Below, in pieces: positions 1 to 12,400 of a DNA stretch of 64,000 bases. Source of the stretch: Rebecca billardiae RCC1528 (taxonomy: Eukaryota > Protista > Haptophyta); contig OZ251230.1 of the NCBI GenBank assembly GCA_965240325.2, forward strand, positions 1,674,001 through 1,738,000, given 5' to 3'. The translations under genes were made by a program, and so were the position numbers. Under the pieces are notes generated by a model, which saw nothing but the letters and a program-made list of their open reading frames with translations, was not told the origin of the DNA and ran no database searches. The first letter of the stretch is position 1, and each line of letters opens with the position of its first letter.

Positions 1-213
1 AACTCCATACCGATCTGGTTGCCGCACTGGCCGCATTGCAGGGTGCTGCACGGCGCATGCGCGGGGCGCGGTACACGGTCAGCGCGGCGGCGGGCGACGG
101 GCCCGGCGCTGCGGACGTGGGTGCCCGACACGACACGCATGGGCAGCAGCGCACTGCCCCCCGCGCGCCCGGGCCGCCGCGGCCGCCGCCGCGCACATGA
201 TCTCGCGCGGCAT
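1..213 (-). CDS. TUBG1: Gamma-tubulin, 5' end (exon 1 213..197, intron 196..46, exon 2 45..<1); continues beyond window start
   Basis: Splicing ATGCCGCGCGAGATCAT|GT...CAG|CACCCTGCAATGC gives MPREIITLQCGQCGNQIGME(F), the characteristic gamma-tubulin N-terminus. Not present in the ORF track. Confidence 0.9.
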
Positions 214-843
214 GGTCCACGTACGCCCGCTCGCTCGTTGGCAGCGATGGCGTCGCTGTGCAGACGGTTGGTCAGGTGAACTTCTTAGTGCGGCGAGCCG
301 AAAAGGCGACAGGGGGGCTGCCGCCGCCCGGAGTGGTGGAACCCAGTCCGGGCGCGATTTCCGATTTCATTCACTCCCTCTTTTGCTCATCACTTTTCAA
401 TGTCGATCGTCGTCGCGGGTCGCGGGAGCCGCCGCCGGGGACGTGACGGACGTCTCAGGACATCGATCAATCACTTCAATCGGCTCGGTCACAGTCTAAG
501 CTAGTACTAGTCAGTAGTCGGACCGGCGAGGCCACGGGCAGGCGGGCCGACGGGCACGGTTGGAAGGAGGGTCACCCTCACCCACTCAGGCGGACCAGCA
601 AGTGCTGACTCAGCAGCCGGCGCCGTTGGCCGGCGCGGCGTCTTCGCCCTTGCCCCGTCATTCGTCAGGAGGCCGCCGAAGCGGCGGGCGGCGCTGCAAT
701 TCAGCGTCGCAGCCCGCTCGTTATCATAGTCATTACGGCGCACGTGAGAACGTAACAGAGGCAGTCCATGGCAAAGCCGCTGTGCCCTCGAGCCGCCCGA
801 GACGTGCGCGCATTCGCCGGTCGAGCATGCTGAGGACACGCTG

Positions 844-1453
844 CTACGCCGACGACGGCTGCGTGAGGCCGACGGCCAGCGCGATTGTGATGGCGCCGGC
901 GAGCAAGCACGCGACCGCAATGCCCCACTGCTTGGTCGTCTCGGGCGTGACGGGAGGGTCCGTCTTGACGTACGTGCCCCAGTCGGGGTCGTCAATGACG
1001 GTGTCGGACGTCTTGAAGAAGATCTGCAGCGTGCCGTCCGGGAAGCGGTCGTACGACTCAAACGTGAACGCCTGGCAAGACGGGTTGTAATCGCACAGGT
1101 CCATCGCGTCCTCGACAGTCAGCTCGACCTGGTCGCCGATCGTGTTGCCCATGGGCACGTAACCGCGGTAGTACGTGTACTCCGCTGCGACGAGCCGCGC
1201 GTGGGATAGCGTGGCGCGCCGCGGTGAGTGCGGGGGCGCGCGCGCCGCACGATGCCCGCTCGGTGAGCCGAGCGGCCGAGGCGCAATGGAAGGATCGCCG
1301 GGTGCACGCGCGAGAGCGATCACCATTCACGCAGTGGACGCACACCAACGCGAGTGCAAGTGTCCACGACAGCCGTGCACATGGTAATCGAGACACCGGC
1401 GCGGCGGACGCGCCAAACGCTCGTCTTCTTGCAGCCGCGAAGGCGGCGGGCAT
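844..1453 (-). CDS. Small single-pass membrane protein (signal peptide, PAN/apple-like Cys motif, C-terminal TM); predicted intron ~1323..1186
   Basis: Exon 1 MPAAF...LSWTLALALVCVHCVN (hydrophobic), GT..CAG intron, exon 2 EYTYYRGY...AMDLCDYNPSCQAFTF...WGIAVACLLAGAITIALAVGL. Coding-like codon usage. Confidence 0.6.
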
Positions 1454-2582
1454 GTGCGGGCTCGCCGCGATGGCGCCTCCCCACTCGTCAGCTTTTCGGG
1501 CGGTCCGACCCGGTCCGGGAGCGCACTCCGCCCCGGGCGAGGGTGCGACGCCTGTCGCGTCGGTCGGGCTGACCAGTGACGCCTCCGTGCGGCGCGGCGC
1601 GCAAGGAGATCGGTGTGCGATACATCGCACTGCTCTCGCGCGCGCACCATCTTGACTGTGGACAGCGACCCGGTCTCGGATTCTCATTCTGTTTGAGACT
1701 TGGACGTCGACTGCGTTCTGGACAGGACCGGCCGGCAGAGGACATCGGTAGGCATTGGGTACGTGCGGTGGATGCTGCTGCTAGGCGCGGCCCGGGCGGT
1801 GACTGGCACTCGTGGAGTGCGCGCCGTGCGATAAACGGAGAGCAGTGGCGGGTCATGAATCGTGGGCCTGCCTCAAACGCCCGCCCTCGCGCAGTCGACC
1901 TGTGCCACGCGGTGCCTCGTCCTTGATCAAGACTCGGACAGTCCGAGATGTCCGTATTGTACCCCCATCCTCCGCTTGTGCGAGTCCTACGAGAATGGGG
2001 GTCAGCAACGAATACAGTACCCGCTCAATAATGAGTCCCGTTCATATGAGTCATATTGCCATATGTGATCAGCATGGCATGGCATATCATAGCAGAGGAT
2101 CCTTCCTACTACCCGCTTTCTTGGGGTTTATCCGTTCCCCGAACGACGTACAACCAATCTCAATATGATCTGGACTCGTGGCCGTCTACTGGCCGATGCA
2201 AGCTGACGAGACTAGTACTAGTGCCACCCTTTGAAAGCTGGTGGCACGAACTTCGAGGGCGAACAAATATCGTGCAACTGGCCCCCGCTGAGCCACTGCC
2301 CGCGCTCTGCCGCGCGGCCAAGCGGAGCGGAAACATCTATCGTCGTAGCGCGACCAGCCGACCACCCCTTTCAGAGGCGCACTGGCTTCATCTGTGCGGG
2401 GTGGCGGTGGGAGCTTGCCCGACGAGGCTGCTCCATATTCCTCTCCTGCGAGCAGCGCCGGCGCTCGAGCGGGAGGGGGAGCGACAGCTCCGTGGCCGCG
2501 GGCCGAGCGGCGTCGTCGACGCGCTCGCGCGAACGCACTTTCGCACGCCAGTGGGCGGCGGCGCACGCCACCACACCCCACG

Positions 2583-4452
2583 ATGGCGCAATTTGGCATT
2601 GGCCCGACGGGCCTGCCCGCGGGCTTCCCGGGCGATGGCGCCCGCGCTGGCCTCGCGGCGGGCGCGGACCTCGGCGCGGGCATGCGGCAGGGCCTCTCGG
2701 CCGACTTCGCCGCGCGCGCGCAGGCAGCCGCCATGGGCAACGCCTCCCCGCGCAGCGGTGCGACGCTCGGCGCGGGCGGCCTCGGAGGCGCCGGTGGGCT
2801 TCCGAGCATGAACCAGCTGCTCGGCCTCCCGGTCGCCGGGCGGGGAGGCGGCGGTGCGAGCGGGCTGGGCGGGTTGGGCGGAGACAACACGTCCGCGCCG
2901 TCCCTGCAGCAGCAGGGCGTGGTGCCCGGGCTCTCGCCCCCGCCGCCGAGCGACCAGAGCGTCTACTCGAAATGGGCCATGATGCTGCAGCAGCAACTCG
3001 AGCAGGCGTACATGGACCGCTCGCGCATCCTTCAGCTCGCGATCAAGCTGCAGGTTGAGAATCTCCACCTGAAGGAGGGCTTGTACTCCGAGAATCCGCA
3101 GCGATTCATGCAGCTCGTGCAGGTGCGCGCCATCGCGCGGCGCGGCGCGCGTGTGCCCCCTCCCCTGCGACCTCCCCGCGCGCCCGTGCCGCCCGGTCCC
3201 GCGCGCGCACCGCGCACGTGTAGCGCGCACCTCGCGCTCACGCGGCGCTCGTCGGCGCTCGCGGACCCTTCGTGCCGCGCGCCCGAACCGTCCGCCCTCG
3301 CTCCCCGCCCTCACCGGCCCGCCCGCGCCGCAGTTGGGCACGATCGCCGCGGGGCCACTGATCGACGGGAGCGGGATGGAACTGCCTGTGCCGACGCCGC
3401 AGACGCAGCTGAATCTGGCACAGCAGGCGGCGCAGCAGGCGGGGCAGGTAGCTGCGCACACGCAGCAGCAGCAGGTGGCGGCGCAGCAGGCGGCGGCGGC
3501 GCAGCAGCAGCGGAGGCGGCAGCAGCAGGCGCAGCAGCAGCAGGCGCAGCAGCAGCAGGCGCAGCAGCAGCAGGCGCAGCAGGCGCAGCAGGCGCAGCAG
3601 GCGCAGCAGGCGCAGCAGGCGCAGCAGGCACAGGCGCAGCAGGCGCAGCAGGCGCAGCAGGCGCAGCAGGCGCAGCAGCAGCAGCAGCAGCAGCAGCAGG
3701 CGCAGCAGGCGCAGCAGGCGCAGCAGGCGCAGCAGCAGGCGCAGCAGGCGAAGCAGCAGTCGGCGCAGGCGCAGCAGTCGGCGCAGGCGCAGCAGGCACA
3801 GGCGCAGCAGCAATCGCAGCAGGCGCAGCAGCAGCAGTCACAGCAGGCGCAGCAGCAGCAGGCGCAGCAGCAGAACCAACACAAGCGGCAGCGGCAGCAG
3901 CACACGGTCGTGCGGCAGCAGGCAGCGGCGGCGGCGGCTGCGGTGGCGGCGGCGGCGCAGCAGCAGCAGCAGCGCGGCGCAGGCGGCGCGGGTCAGGCCA
4001 GCAGGCGGCCGCCGAGCAGCACCGCCGAGGGGGGCGCGGGCGGGACGGACAGCGGGCAGGCCATGAAGGAGGCCATGATGGCGATGATCATGGACACGGC
4101 CGCGCAGGGCAACGGCGTCGCGGATGACGACGTGCTGACCACGGAGAACCTACACATCCTCGCCAAATGGTTCGACCAGACGCCCGAGGGCAGAGGCGGC
4201 GGCGCCGAACAGAATGGTCCGCGCCTGACCGCCGCGCCGCGCGCACGCCGCGCACCCGCCCGTCGCACCCGCACGCTCACGCGCGCGCCGCCACCGCCGC
4301 GCACGCGCCGCGCCGGGCGCGCAGGCGGCACGACTACGCCCAACATGCTCGAGCTGTCCAGGGGCCTCTCCATGGACGACGGCTTCCCGGAGCTTGGCGC
4401 GAGTGCGGATAAGCAGGGCCAGGTGCAGCAGCCCTTTCCGTTCGACTTCTGA
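2583..4452 (+). CDS. Gln/Ala-rich (polyQ) protein of unknown function; introns 3123..3333 and 4217..4324
   Basis: Joins ORF 2394..4127 (MAQFGIG...FMQLVQ) to ORF 3151..4452 via CAG|GTGCGC...CCGCAG|TTG. Second in-frame GT..AG intron of 108 nt. Short coiled coil WAMMLQQQLEQAYMDRSRILQLAIKLQVENLHLK. Confidence 0.75.
3421..3972 (+). repeat. Coding (CAG)n/(GCGCAGCAG)n tract encoding polyQ/QQA
   Basis: Directly visible tandem CAG/GCG repeats. Confidence 0.95.
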
Positions 4453-4772
4453 TCTGTGCCGGCCTTTCGCCGCTGATTCTGCAGCTCACACTCACAGCTT
4501 CTGCCAGTATTTCTGATCCCCCGTCCTCATCTCGGTCTCGGCGAGACTCGAGAGCGGCTCCAGCACTGAGAGCTTCTGTCACGCGCAATCTGGGGAGGCA
4601 CAACCGCCTGGCGCCAACCCCAGGGCCACGGACCCTGGCGCGCGCGCGCCGTCCGCCGTCCGGGCGGCGTCGTCCGCGGGCGTGGAGGCGCTCGCGCAGC
4701 AGTCCATCGGCCGCGGCGAGACTCTGCAGAGACTGGCAGACTGCCGCATCGATCGCAGCGGCGAGCCGGCGG

Positions 4773-5763
4773 GGCTTAAGCCGCCCGCCCGCCATGAACG
4801 CATGCCATCGAACGACAAATTACCCGTATGATCTAGTTAGTAGTTAGGTTAGTGACGATTAATACTGCGGTATTTTGTAATTAAATCATCAGTATTTAAT
4901 ATATATATATAGTTTAAAATAAGTTAGCTAGCTACGCCTAACTGGCTACCGTGTCTACCGACTAGGCTACTCAGTTCACGGAATTAGTGTTACCACGGTC
5001 TACTACCGAGTTTCACCGAGCGATAATACGGACACCGTAGTGAGTCAGTGACTAGGTCTAGTCACTAGTCATCTACTGATCTAGTGAGACAGTGAGTCGC
5101 GCATCCTGTTTAAATCAGTATACTAGTTTATACACCACTGCGGGCATGCTGAGTGTACTTTACTATTAAGCCGGGGCCTATTCCGCCGTGACCGCGTATA
5201 GCAGGCGTGTATTGGCTTAACTCTTAAGCCGCCCGCCCGCCGCCATGAACGCATGCCATCGAGCGACAAATTACCCGTATGATCTAGTTAGTAGTTAGGT
5301 TAGTGACGATACTGCATTGTAATTAAATAATCATTATTTAACTCTCTATATAGTTAAAAATAAATTAGCTAGCTACGCCTACTGGCTACTGTCTACTGAC
5401 TAGGCTACTCAGTTCACGGTTAGTGTTACCACGGTCTACCGAGTAAGAGTTTCACCGAGCGATAATACGGACACAGTGACTAGGTCTAGTCACTAGTGAA
5501 AGTGATCGTCGCGCATCCTGTTTAATTTATACACCACTGCGGGCATGCAACGCCGGTCTGTGGCCGAGTGGGAGTACTGGCGTGCTCTTGCGTCTGAGGT
5601 CATGGCGGGTTCAAACCAGTTTCCAGGTCTCTCTTCGGAGAGCGTGCGATGAAGGATGGCGCGGCAACCTGCCACCGTGAGCCTTACGCACGTTAAGACA
5701 AATAAACTGTATTACTATTAAGCCGGGGCCTATCCGCCGTGACCGCGTATAGCAGGCGTGTAT
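4773..5763. repeat. Tandem duplication of an AT-rich ~450-bp non-coding unit (~4773..5212 and ~5223..5763)
   Basis: Both units begin CTTAAGCCGCCCGCCCGCC..ATGAACGCATGCCATCG and end ACTATTAAGCCGGGGCCTAT..CCGCCGTGACCGCGTATAGCAGGCGTGTATT. They differ by small indels and a ~160-bp segment present only in copy 2. Confidence 0.9.
5552..5620 (+). other. Degenerate tRNA-like Pol III promoter (possible tRNA-derived SINE head)
   Basis: A-box-like TGGCCGAGTGG (5561..5571) and B-box-like GGTTCAAACC (5608..5617) at tRNA-like spacing. No clean cloverleaf. Confidence 0.35.
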
Positions 5764-5983
5764 TCCACTATTCGGATCCAGTCGGTCCAGTAGACTGTCT
5801 AGATAGAGTGGCAGCGAGCGTCCAGACGGTCGTGGCGGAACTGTCCTGGGCCAGCAATCAGCATTGTCAACGCGCGGAGTCTCACTCAGTGACTCAGTGA
5901 CTCACTCAGCTAGTCTGGAATGATGATTCTGAGCTTGTCAGCCGGTAAATTACTGCTGCTAAATAATTGTCCAGCATTGTATT

Positions 5984-6057
5984 ATCTCGCCTGCCTGAGC
6001 TGTGTGCGTCTCTAATTCTTAGTGTCGTTAAATCATAGATAGAATGAGTGAACTGTA
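5984..6057 (+). repeat. ~48-nt dispersed repeat, copy 1 (with internal insertion)
   Basis: ATCTCGCCTGCCTGAGCTGTGTGCGTCTCTAATTCTTAGT...AACTGTA. Confidence 0.85.
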
Positions 6058-6852
6058 CCGTACGCTGTATAGTGTATGAATCCCCTGGCCAACAACTCGC
6101 CGCCCCCGGAAAGCGCGCGCGAAAATGGCGGTCTCGCGCGGCCACGCCGTGCCGTGGGCCTACTGGGCACTGTGAAAGTTGCATTCGTGGTGCTGGCTGG
6201 TAGTGGCGCAGCTTTGCGCTGCCCTTCTTGCGCACTTCAAGGGCTATCCCCTGATTCCCCATTGGCGCATGACGAGTTGTGCTTCCGCTAGACCGCTATG
6301 CGCGATCCTGACTCGCAGGCCGCAGCTGCTCGCGCGTTCGTTGCCTGCGCGCTGCCAGGTTAGACTCTGCCTCAGACGCGCTAATTGAGCAAGTGCTTGC
6401 AGGAGCGTAGGAGGTGCCCCTGATAAACGCGGCCGCCCTTGCCCAGGCCCTTCGGCCCAAGTGCAAAAGCTGGGTGCATGCTGGCTGTGTGCTTCCCGCG
6501 CTGTTCAGAGGTCATCTTGCTGGGAGCTGACCTTGGCGCACCCCAGCCAGCAGTACGGGCGCAGCAGCTCGGGATCTTCACGGTAGATGAGTGACATGAC
6601 ACCATTCCTTCGCGCATCGGCGTCTCGCCGCCTGCGTCGACCATGTCGTGCGTCGCTGCGAGAATGCACCCGTATGATAGTGCTATCAAAGCGTGGCAGA
6701 TTGATTGAGAGTGCGGCGCGCGGGGCAATAATGCACAAGGTACTCATGCGCCGCTACTCATCTGCGCGCGCCGCCTCAGCTCGCACTTGCGTGGGTTGCA
6801 GAAGCGCGAGTTGGGCACGTCCGATGCGGCGGTTCATGGCGACATGCCGCTA

Positions 6853-9115
6853 CAGGTGCTATGGCCTATTTCTGGACGATGCCGTTTTCTGGACAAGCGC
6901 GTGGCCATGGTGAAGCGCACCGACGAGTCGCCCGCCAAGCGGCGCAAGACGCCAGCAGCGCGCATCGCCAACCCCCGGAACCAGGCGGAGTACGCCATCA
7001 ACAAGTCCAACCACGACGAGAAGCAGCGGCAGCTGCGCACGGCGCTGAAGTGGTGCCGCGATGAGGCAGACGCGGGGCGTGCGAAGGGCGCGGTCGACCG
7101 CGCGATCAGCTCGGATCGGTGGCCCGCCTTCATCACGTCTACCTCAGCCCGCCGGACACAACGGGGCTGACGCAGCCGCTCGACCAGATCAACCAGGTGC
7201 TGCACTACTACTGCTCGGTGAGTACCAAGAAGTGGGCGCGCTACCAGCAGTCGAAGCTGCTCGCGCAGCGCATGCGCGAGGTGCGCGCCGATCTCGGCGA
7301 CGATGAGATCAACCTCGAGGACGCAGTCGACGGCGACGGCGATGACGACGATGATGAGGGCGGCAGCGACGACGACGGCGACGGGGGCGACGACTCGGCC
7401 GAGGAGGGGCGGCGACGCGGCGCGGGCGAGGGCGCGAAGAAGTCTCTCTCGAAGCGCGACTTCCTCCTTTTCCTGGGCACTCGTGGGAGGGCTTCTGTAA
7501 GAAAGAGAGCGTCATCGGCGCCTTCAAGCGCTGCGGCATCACCGCGAGCGGCGTCGACATCGGCTTGATGCAGCAGGACAAGTTCGCGGTCGCCGATCTG
7601 CTGCTCAACCCCGAGCGCGTGTTCGAGGCTGCTCCCGCGGCCGCGGAGGGCGCCGGCCACCGCGGTGCGGTGCGCCGCGCGATCGACTACGGCGCCGGTG
7701 GCATCCCGGCCGAGTACACGCCCGTGTCCTCCACCCACCGTGCCGGCTCGACGCTCGACCTGCATCACCGTCTCTCCGAGCAGCAGACGGTGATCGAGAG
7801 CCTCCGTGCTCAGATCAAGTGGCACGAGACGACGGTCAAGATGCCCAACGCCGAGGAGGCGGAGGCGCTGCTGCCGTTCGACGTCGTGGGCAAGAAGGTC
7901 GAGGGCGGCCGGAAGCGCGCAAACAAGGAGAAGTTCGGTTCGGCCGAGCTGGTCTGCTTCCTCGAGGGCCAGGAGGCAGCCGATGAGGCGGCTGTGACGG
8001 CGGCCGCCGATGCCGAGGCAAAGCGCGCTGCGAAGGCGGCACGGCGCGCCGAGACCGAGGCCGCGGCAGCTGCGAACGTCGACCAGCGCGATGCGCTCGA
8101 GCGCGCCTTCAAGGCCTGCGAGAGGGCGCGCGCCAACTCGGCTGAGCCATGCGCGTGCGGCGCAGATTCGGCCGCGACGTGCACGTGCCGGACGCATCAC
8201 TTCTGTCCGCATTGCAGGCGCGTGCAGAAGACGGCATGGAAGAAGCAGAAGTGCCAGCCGCATCTCGTGGGTGCGCCTTCGGAGGCTGTCATCGACATCG
8301 AGTATCGACACGACGATCACGATGGATGACGCTTAGACCCTAGCAGTAGGTTTGTATCACGGGGGTAGCTGTCGTTAACGACTCGCCGCAGCGGAGTGAT
8401 GACACGCCTAGTCTTTGATAGATGATCGGCCGGGACGAGACTGCTCGGGTACTCGTCTGTCTCGTGTGTCACGGCCGGTCACGGTGCTCCGCGCCGAGCG
8501 GCATCCGGACACAGGGGCGTCATGGCATGCCGACGCCGACGGCGCGCCGCTTCAGGCCGCGCGCAGCAGCGCACGGTTACCCCGGAGTGGGTGGCGACGC
8601 TGTCGCAGGAGGGCGTGGGCTCACAGAACTGGTGATCTAGCACATGGTCGGCTGATGAGACTGATCGCGTGCAGAGCTGAGCTATCAGATAGCTGCATGA
8701 CAACGCGGGTGCTTTGTGAGAACGCGTAGCATGTGCCAGGCACCGAACGCAGGTGAATGGACTAGTGGAGCAGAGAACGCGTGGTATATGCCTGGACTAG
8801 GTCGTCAAGTAAGTCCAGCGAGCTACTGCGGCCCTTCCTGTCCGGTCTCAAGCATTCCTGGCCCACCAACATGCGCGCACAGCTTCACGACCGCACGTCC
8901 ACGGTTTGTCCAGAAAACGGCATGTGCCCAGATCTGGGCTATGACGAAGTCGAGCACGTTGCTCACCAACGCGATGGCCGATGACGATGAGACTTCGTGT
9001 GCCTACCTTTAACTCCACGCTGGTTGGCGTGGTGGCATCGTGGGCGGGCTAGTCCGCCATGGCTGGACGTGAGAGCTACTTGGATTTTCCGTCCAGAAAT
9101 AGGCCATAGCACCTG
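6853..9115 (+). mobile_element. Internally deleted Tc1/mariner-superfamily (pogo/Fot1-like) DNA transposon
   Basis: Perfect 26-bp TIRs CAGGTGCTATGGCCTATTTCTGGACG (6853..6878 / 9090..9115), TA on both flanks, an extra sub-terminal inverted pair ATGCCGTTTTCTGGACAA / TTGTCCAGAAAACGGCAT, and DDE_1-like coding remnants. Confidence 0.9.
6907..8329 (+). pseudogene. pogo-like DDE transposase remnant (frameshifted, central part deleted)
   Basis: N-terminal basic/HTH-like segment, then VYLSPPDTTGLTQPLDQ (pogo-type PP.TT..LQPLD carrying the last catalytic Asp), IGAFKRCGI in another frame, and a Cys-rich C-terminus. The first two catalytic Asp regions are absent. Confidence 0.75.
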
Positions 9116-9483
9116 TACGTCAAAATCGGGTACTGATTCGCACAGTCGCACACCGGCTGATTTCGAGATTGCTCGCCGAAGATCAATCTGGACTCGAGCA
9201 AGCGCACGGAGATTGTGACGGTTGATTACCCTGCACAAAAATTACCCCGACACTTGTCGGCTCGAAGCTTCATACAATCATACATCAATCTCCAGGGTAC
9301 CTTGACGAGATGTACACACGCGACCCTATCCAATCGTTACGATCCGCGGCAAATTCTGAGTTGAGATCCTAGTACTACGAACTATGGACTTTTAAAGAGA
9401 CGACACAGCTCGTACGCTTCATCAATCACCGGGCTAACCTGCTCACATATGCTTTTAGATCCTCGACGGGTTCCGCCGGTAAA

Positions 9484-12400
9484 ATGTGCCTTGGAACAGG
9501 GTGCACTGCGACCGTCTCGGCGCACCACCCTACCGCCGGAAGCATCCACCCGCCGTGGCGCCGCCCCGCCATGCCCACGTGCGCGCCGCCACGACCCGGG
9601 TCCGATGACCTGCCCTCCCCCGCCAACAACCAGCAGCCGTTTGAGATGAAAGAGCCCCGCCGACGCGCCTTCACCGGCGCGTTCCACGACTGCGGGCTTG
9701 AGCGCGCGTACCGCCTCGAGGTGATGAAGCCAGCGCTCGAGCGCAGCATGCTCGCCGTGTGTGGCGCGACGATCGCGTGGATCGTGGTGCACGATGTCCT
9801 GTACGCGGCGATGAGCGCACAATACCACGGCGTCGCCGTGTGGCCCGCGCTCATTAACCTGCACAACGCGTGCGCGGTCCTCCTCGTCGCGTGCCTGTCG
9901 CACGCGCGTGGCTGGTCGCCTCGCCCGCTCGAGCTGTGGTCGACCGCGACGCTCGCGCTCGGGCTCGTGCTCTCGCAGCTGAGCCAGAGCGCATGCGTGC
10001 ACATGCAGTGCGCGCACCACGGCGCCGCCGCCGCCACATGCGCGCGCGGCGGGAGCGCGGACCACACGAGCGCCGCGCTCCAGTACTGCGCGCGGCTCGC
10101 ACTCATCGCCATATTCACGCCGCTGCAGCCGCTGCTCGTCGCGGTGATCGCGGGCTGCGCGCTCGGCTCGGCGGTCTTCGCCGAGTTTGCGCTGTACGAG
10201 CTGCCCCCCGGCGCGCGGCTGCTCCACGCCGGCCTGCTGCTGCTCGTCGCGCTGCTCATGACCGCGGCGCGCGCACGGCTCACACAGCTCGAGCGCACAC
10301 ACTGGTTTTTCCGACGCTCCGTGGACGCGGCGATGGCGCGCATGCACGCGTCGGTGCGCGACCGCGCGTCGCACGAGGTCTGCCTCGCGAGCGCCTCCGC
10401 CGCCACCGACGCGCGCTCGCGCCTCATCCGCGTCGCCATGCACGACCTGCGCTCGCCGCTGCTCTCGGTGCTCAACCTCGCGGACACCATGGGCCGGCTG
10501 CCGCACGCGACCACGCTGGGCGACGTGGGCGTGAGCGCGGCGATCTCGACGCTGTCGCAGTGCGCCACGCTGATGGAGCACGTCGTGTCTGACATGCTCG
10601 ACTTTGAGCGCATCGACTCGGGCAAGCTCAAGCTCACGCTCGCACCCTTCCACGCGTGCGAGCTGCTGAGGGCGGCCAGCGGCACGTTTGGTGTGCTGGC
10701 CGCTGAGAAGGGGGTGACCCTGCTCGTCGAGCCGCTTGAGGACTCACTGGCGTCCGAGCACGTGCTCTTCGTCGGCGACATCCGCCGGCTGCAGCAGTGC
10801 GTGCACAACGGCGTCTCGAACGCGCTCAAGTTCTCGAGCAAGGGCGCGGCCATCCGCGTGAGCGTGCGCGCCGCGCCGCACGAGCGCGAGGCGGACGGCT
10901 GGCAGCGGCTGTGCGTCCGCGTCGTCGACCAAGGCCACGGGCTGACTGCTGAGCAGCTGGCGACTCTCGGGCAGGGCGAGATGGTGGGCGCCGTCGGGCT
11001 GGGGATGCTCCAGGGCAGCGGCGGCACGGGCCTCGGCCTCGGCATCACGCGCATGCTGCTCCTCATGCACCACTGCTCCACCCTTCGCCTCTCGTCCGCC
11101 GGCGTGGGCAAAGGGACCACGTTTGAGATGCTCGTGAATGCGCCGCGCGCCCCCGAGATGCCAGAGGGCGTCCACCACCACGCCGCCGCCGCGCCGGCCG
11201 TCGTCACCGCGAGCGCGCTCTCCGACGACGCCGCCGCGCCGTCGCCGCGGACTCTGACGGGCCACACGAAGAGTCCCTGGCAGCACGCTGCCAACAGCAC
11301 CCCGCTCCGGGCCAGCAGCCCGCTTCGAAGCGCGCGCGTGCCCTGCGCAGCCGAGGCGCCGCGCACGCCCGAGACGCGCGCTGCGGAACAGCCGAGCAGC
11401 TTGCTCGTCGGGCCCACGCCGAAATCCGAACTCTGCGCGGCGGCGCCGCGCACCGCGCTGGACAGCGAGAACGCAGTCACGCCGACCCTCGGCAGTCGGC
11501 AGTCCTCCGCGGACTCGCACTCGAGCCACTCCTCGCACCGTCCCTCGCGCCGAGTCTCTGTGTCGTCGTCTGACTTGCTGTCGCTGAGCTTCGCCAGCCG
11601 CAGCCGGCAGCTCTCGGCCGAGCAGTCACGCCGGCCCTCGCCCACGCCGCACCCGGCCGAGCAGTCACGCCGTCCCTCGCTCACCACGCAGCCAACGGGG
11701 CCCTCGGCCGAGCAGTCACGCCGGCCCTCGCTCACGCAGAACCCGGGCAGCTGGCTACCCTCGGCCGACCGCGCGCGCGCCAAGGCGCGGAGCGCCGGCT
11801 GGACGCCCGACGTGGCCGCGCTCAAGTCGCTGATGGAGCAGTCGCAAAAGTCACACTCGTCGTCCGCGGGCAACCTGCTCTCGCGGCATGAGGACGGCTC
11901 GGCGCCGGGCTGCGGCTCCGAGCAGCAATGCGCGACCATGCAGCCGGCTGGCGCGCACGCCGGCGTCGGGCCGGGCACCCTGCCGCCGACAGCGGTGGGC
12001 GCCGGCGCAGCGGCGCCCACGCCACCCCTCACCGCGGGCAGCGTGACAGACGGCTCCGCGGACGACGCCTCCGACAGCGCCGGCGCGTGCGCCAGCCCGG
12101 CCGACGGCAGCTCCGGCGGCGCGCAGCCGCCCGCTCCCCCGCTGGACGAGTCCTTCTGCGTGCTGCAGGTCGAGGACGACAAGTTCCTGCAGCTCACGCT
12201 GCCACTGCGCATCTTTGCGCCGCTCGGCTGCGCGCACGAGCTCGCGTCGAACGGCGCAGAGGCGGTGCAGATGGCGCTCGGGCGAGACCCGCCGTACGCT
12301 GCCATCCTGATGGACAATCAGATGCCCGTGATGAGCGGAGAGGCCGCGACACGTGCGCTGCGAGGTGCGCGCCGCGCCACCCCGCGCGGCTGCGCACGCA

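Noticed and set aside
2388-3905. Cys-rich metallothionein-like ORF
   Set aside because: Reverse complement of the CAG repeat tract.
9426-12317. 963-aa minus-strand ORF
   Set aside because: Antisense to the histidine kinase, with no independent motifs.
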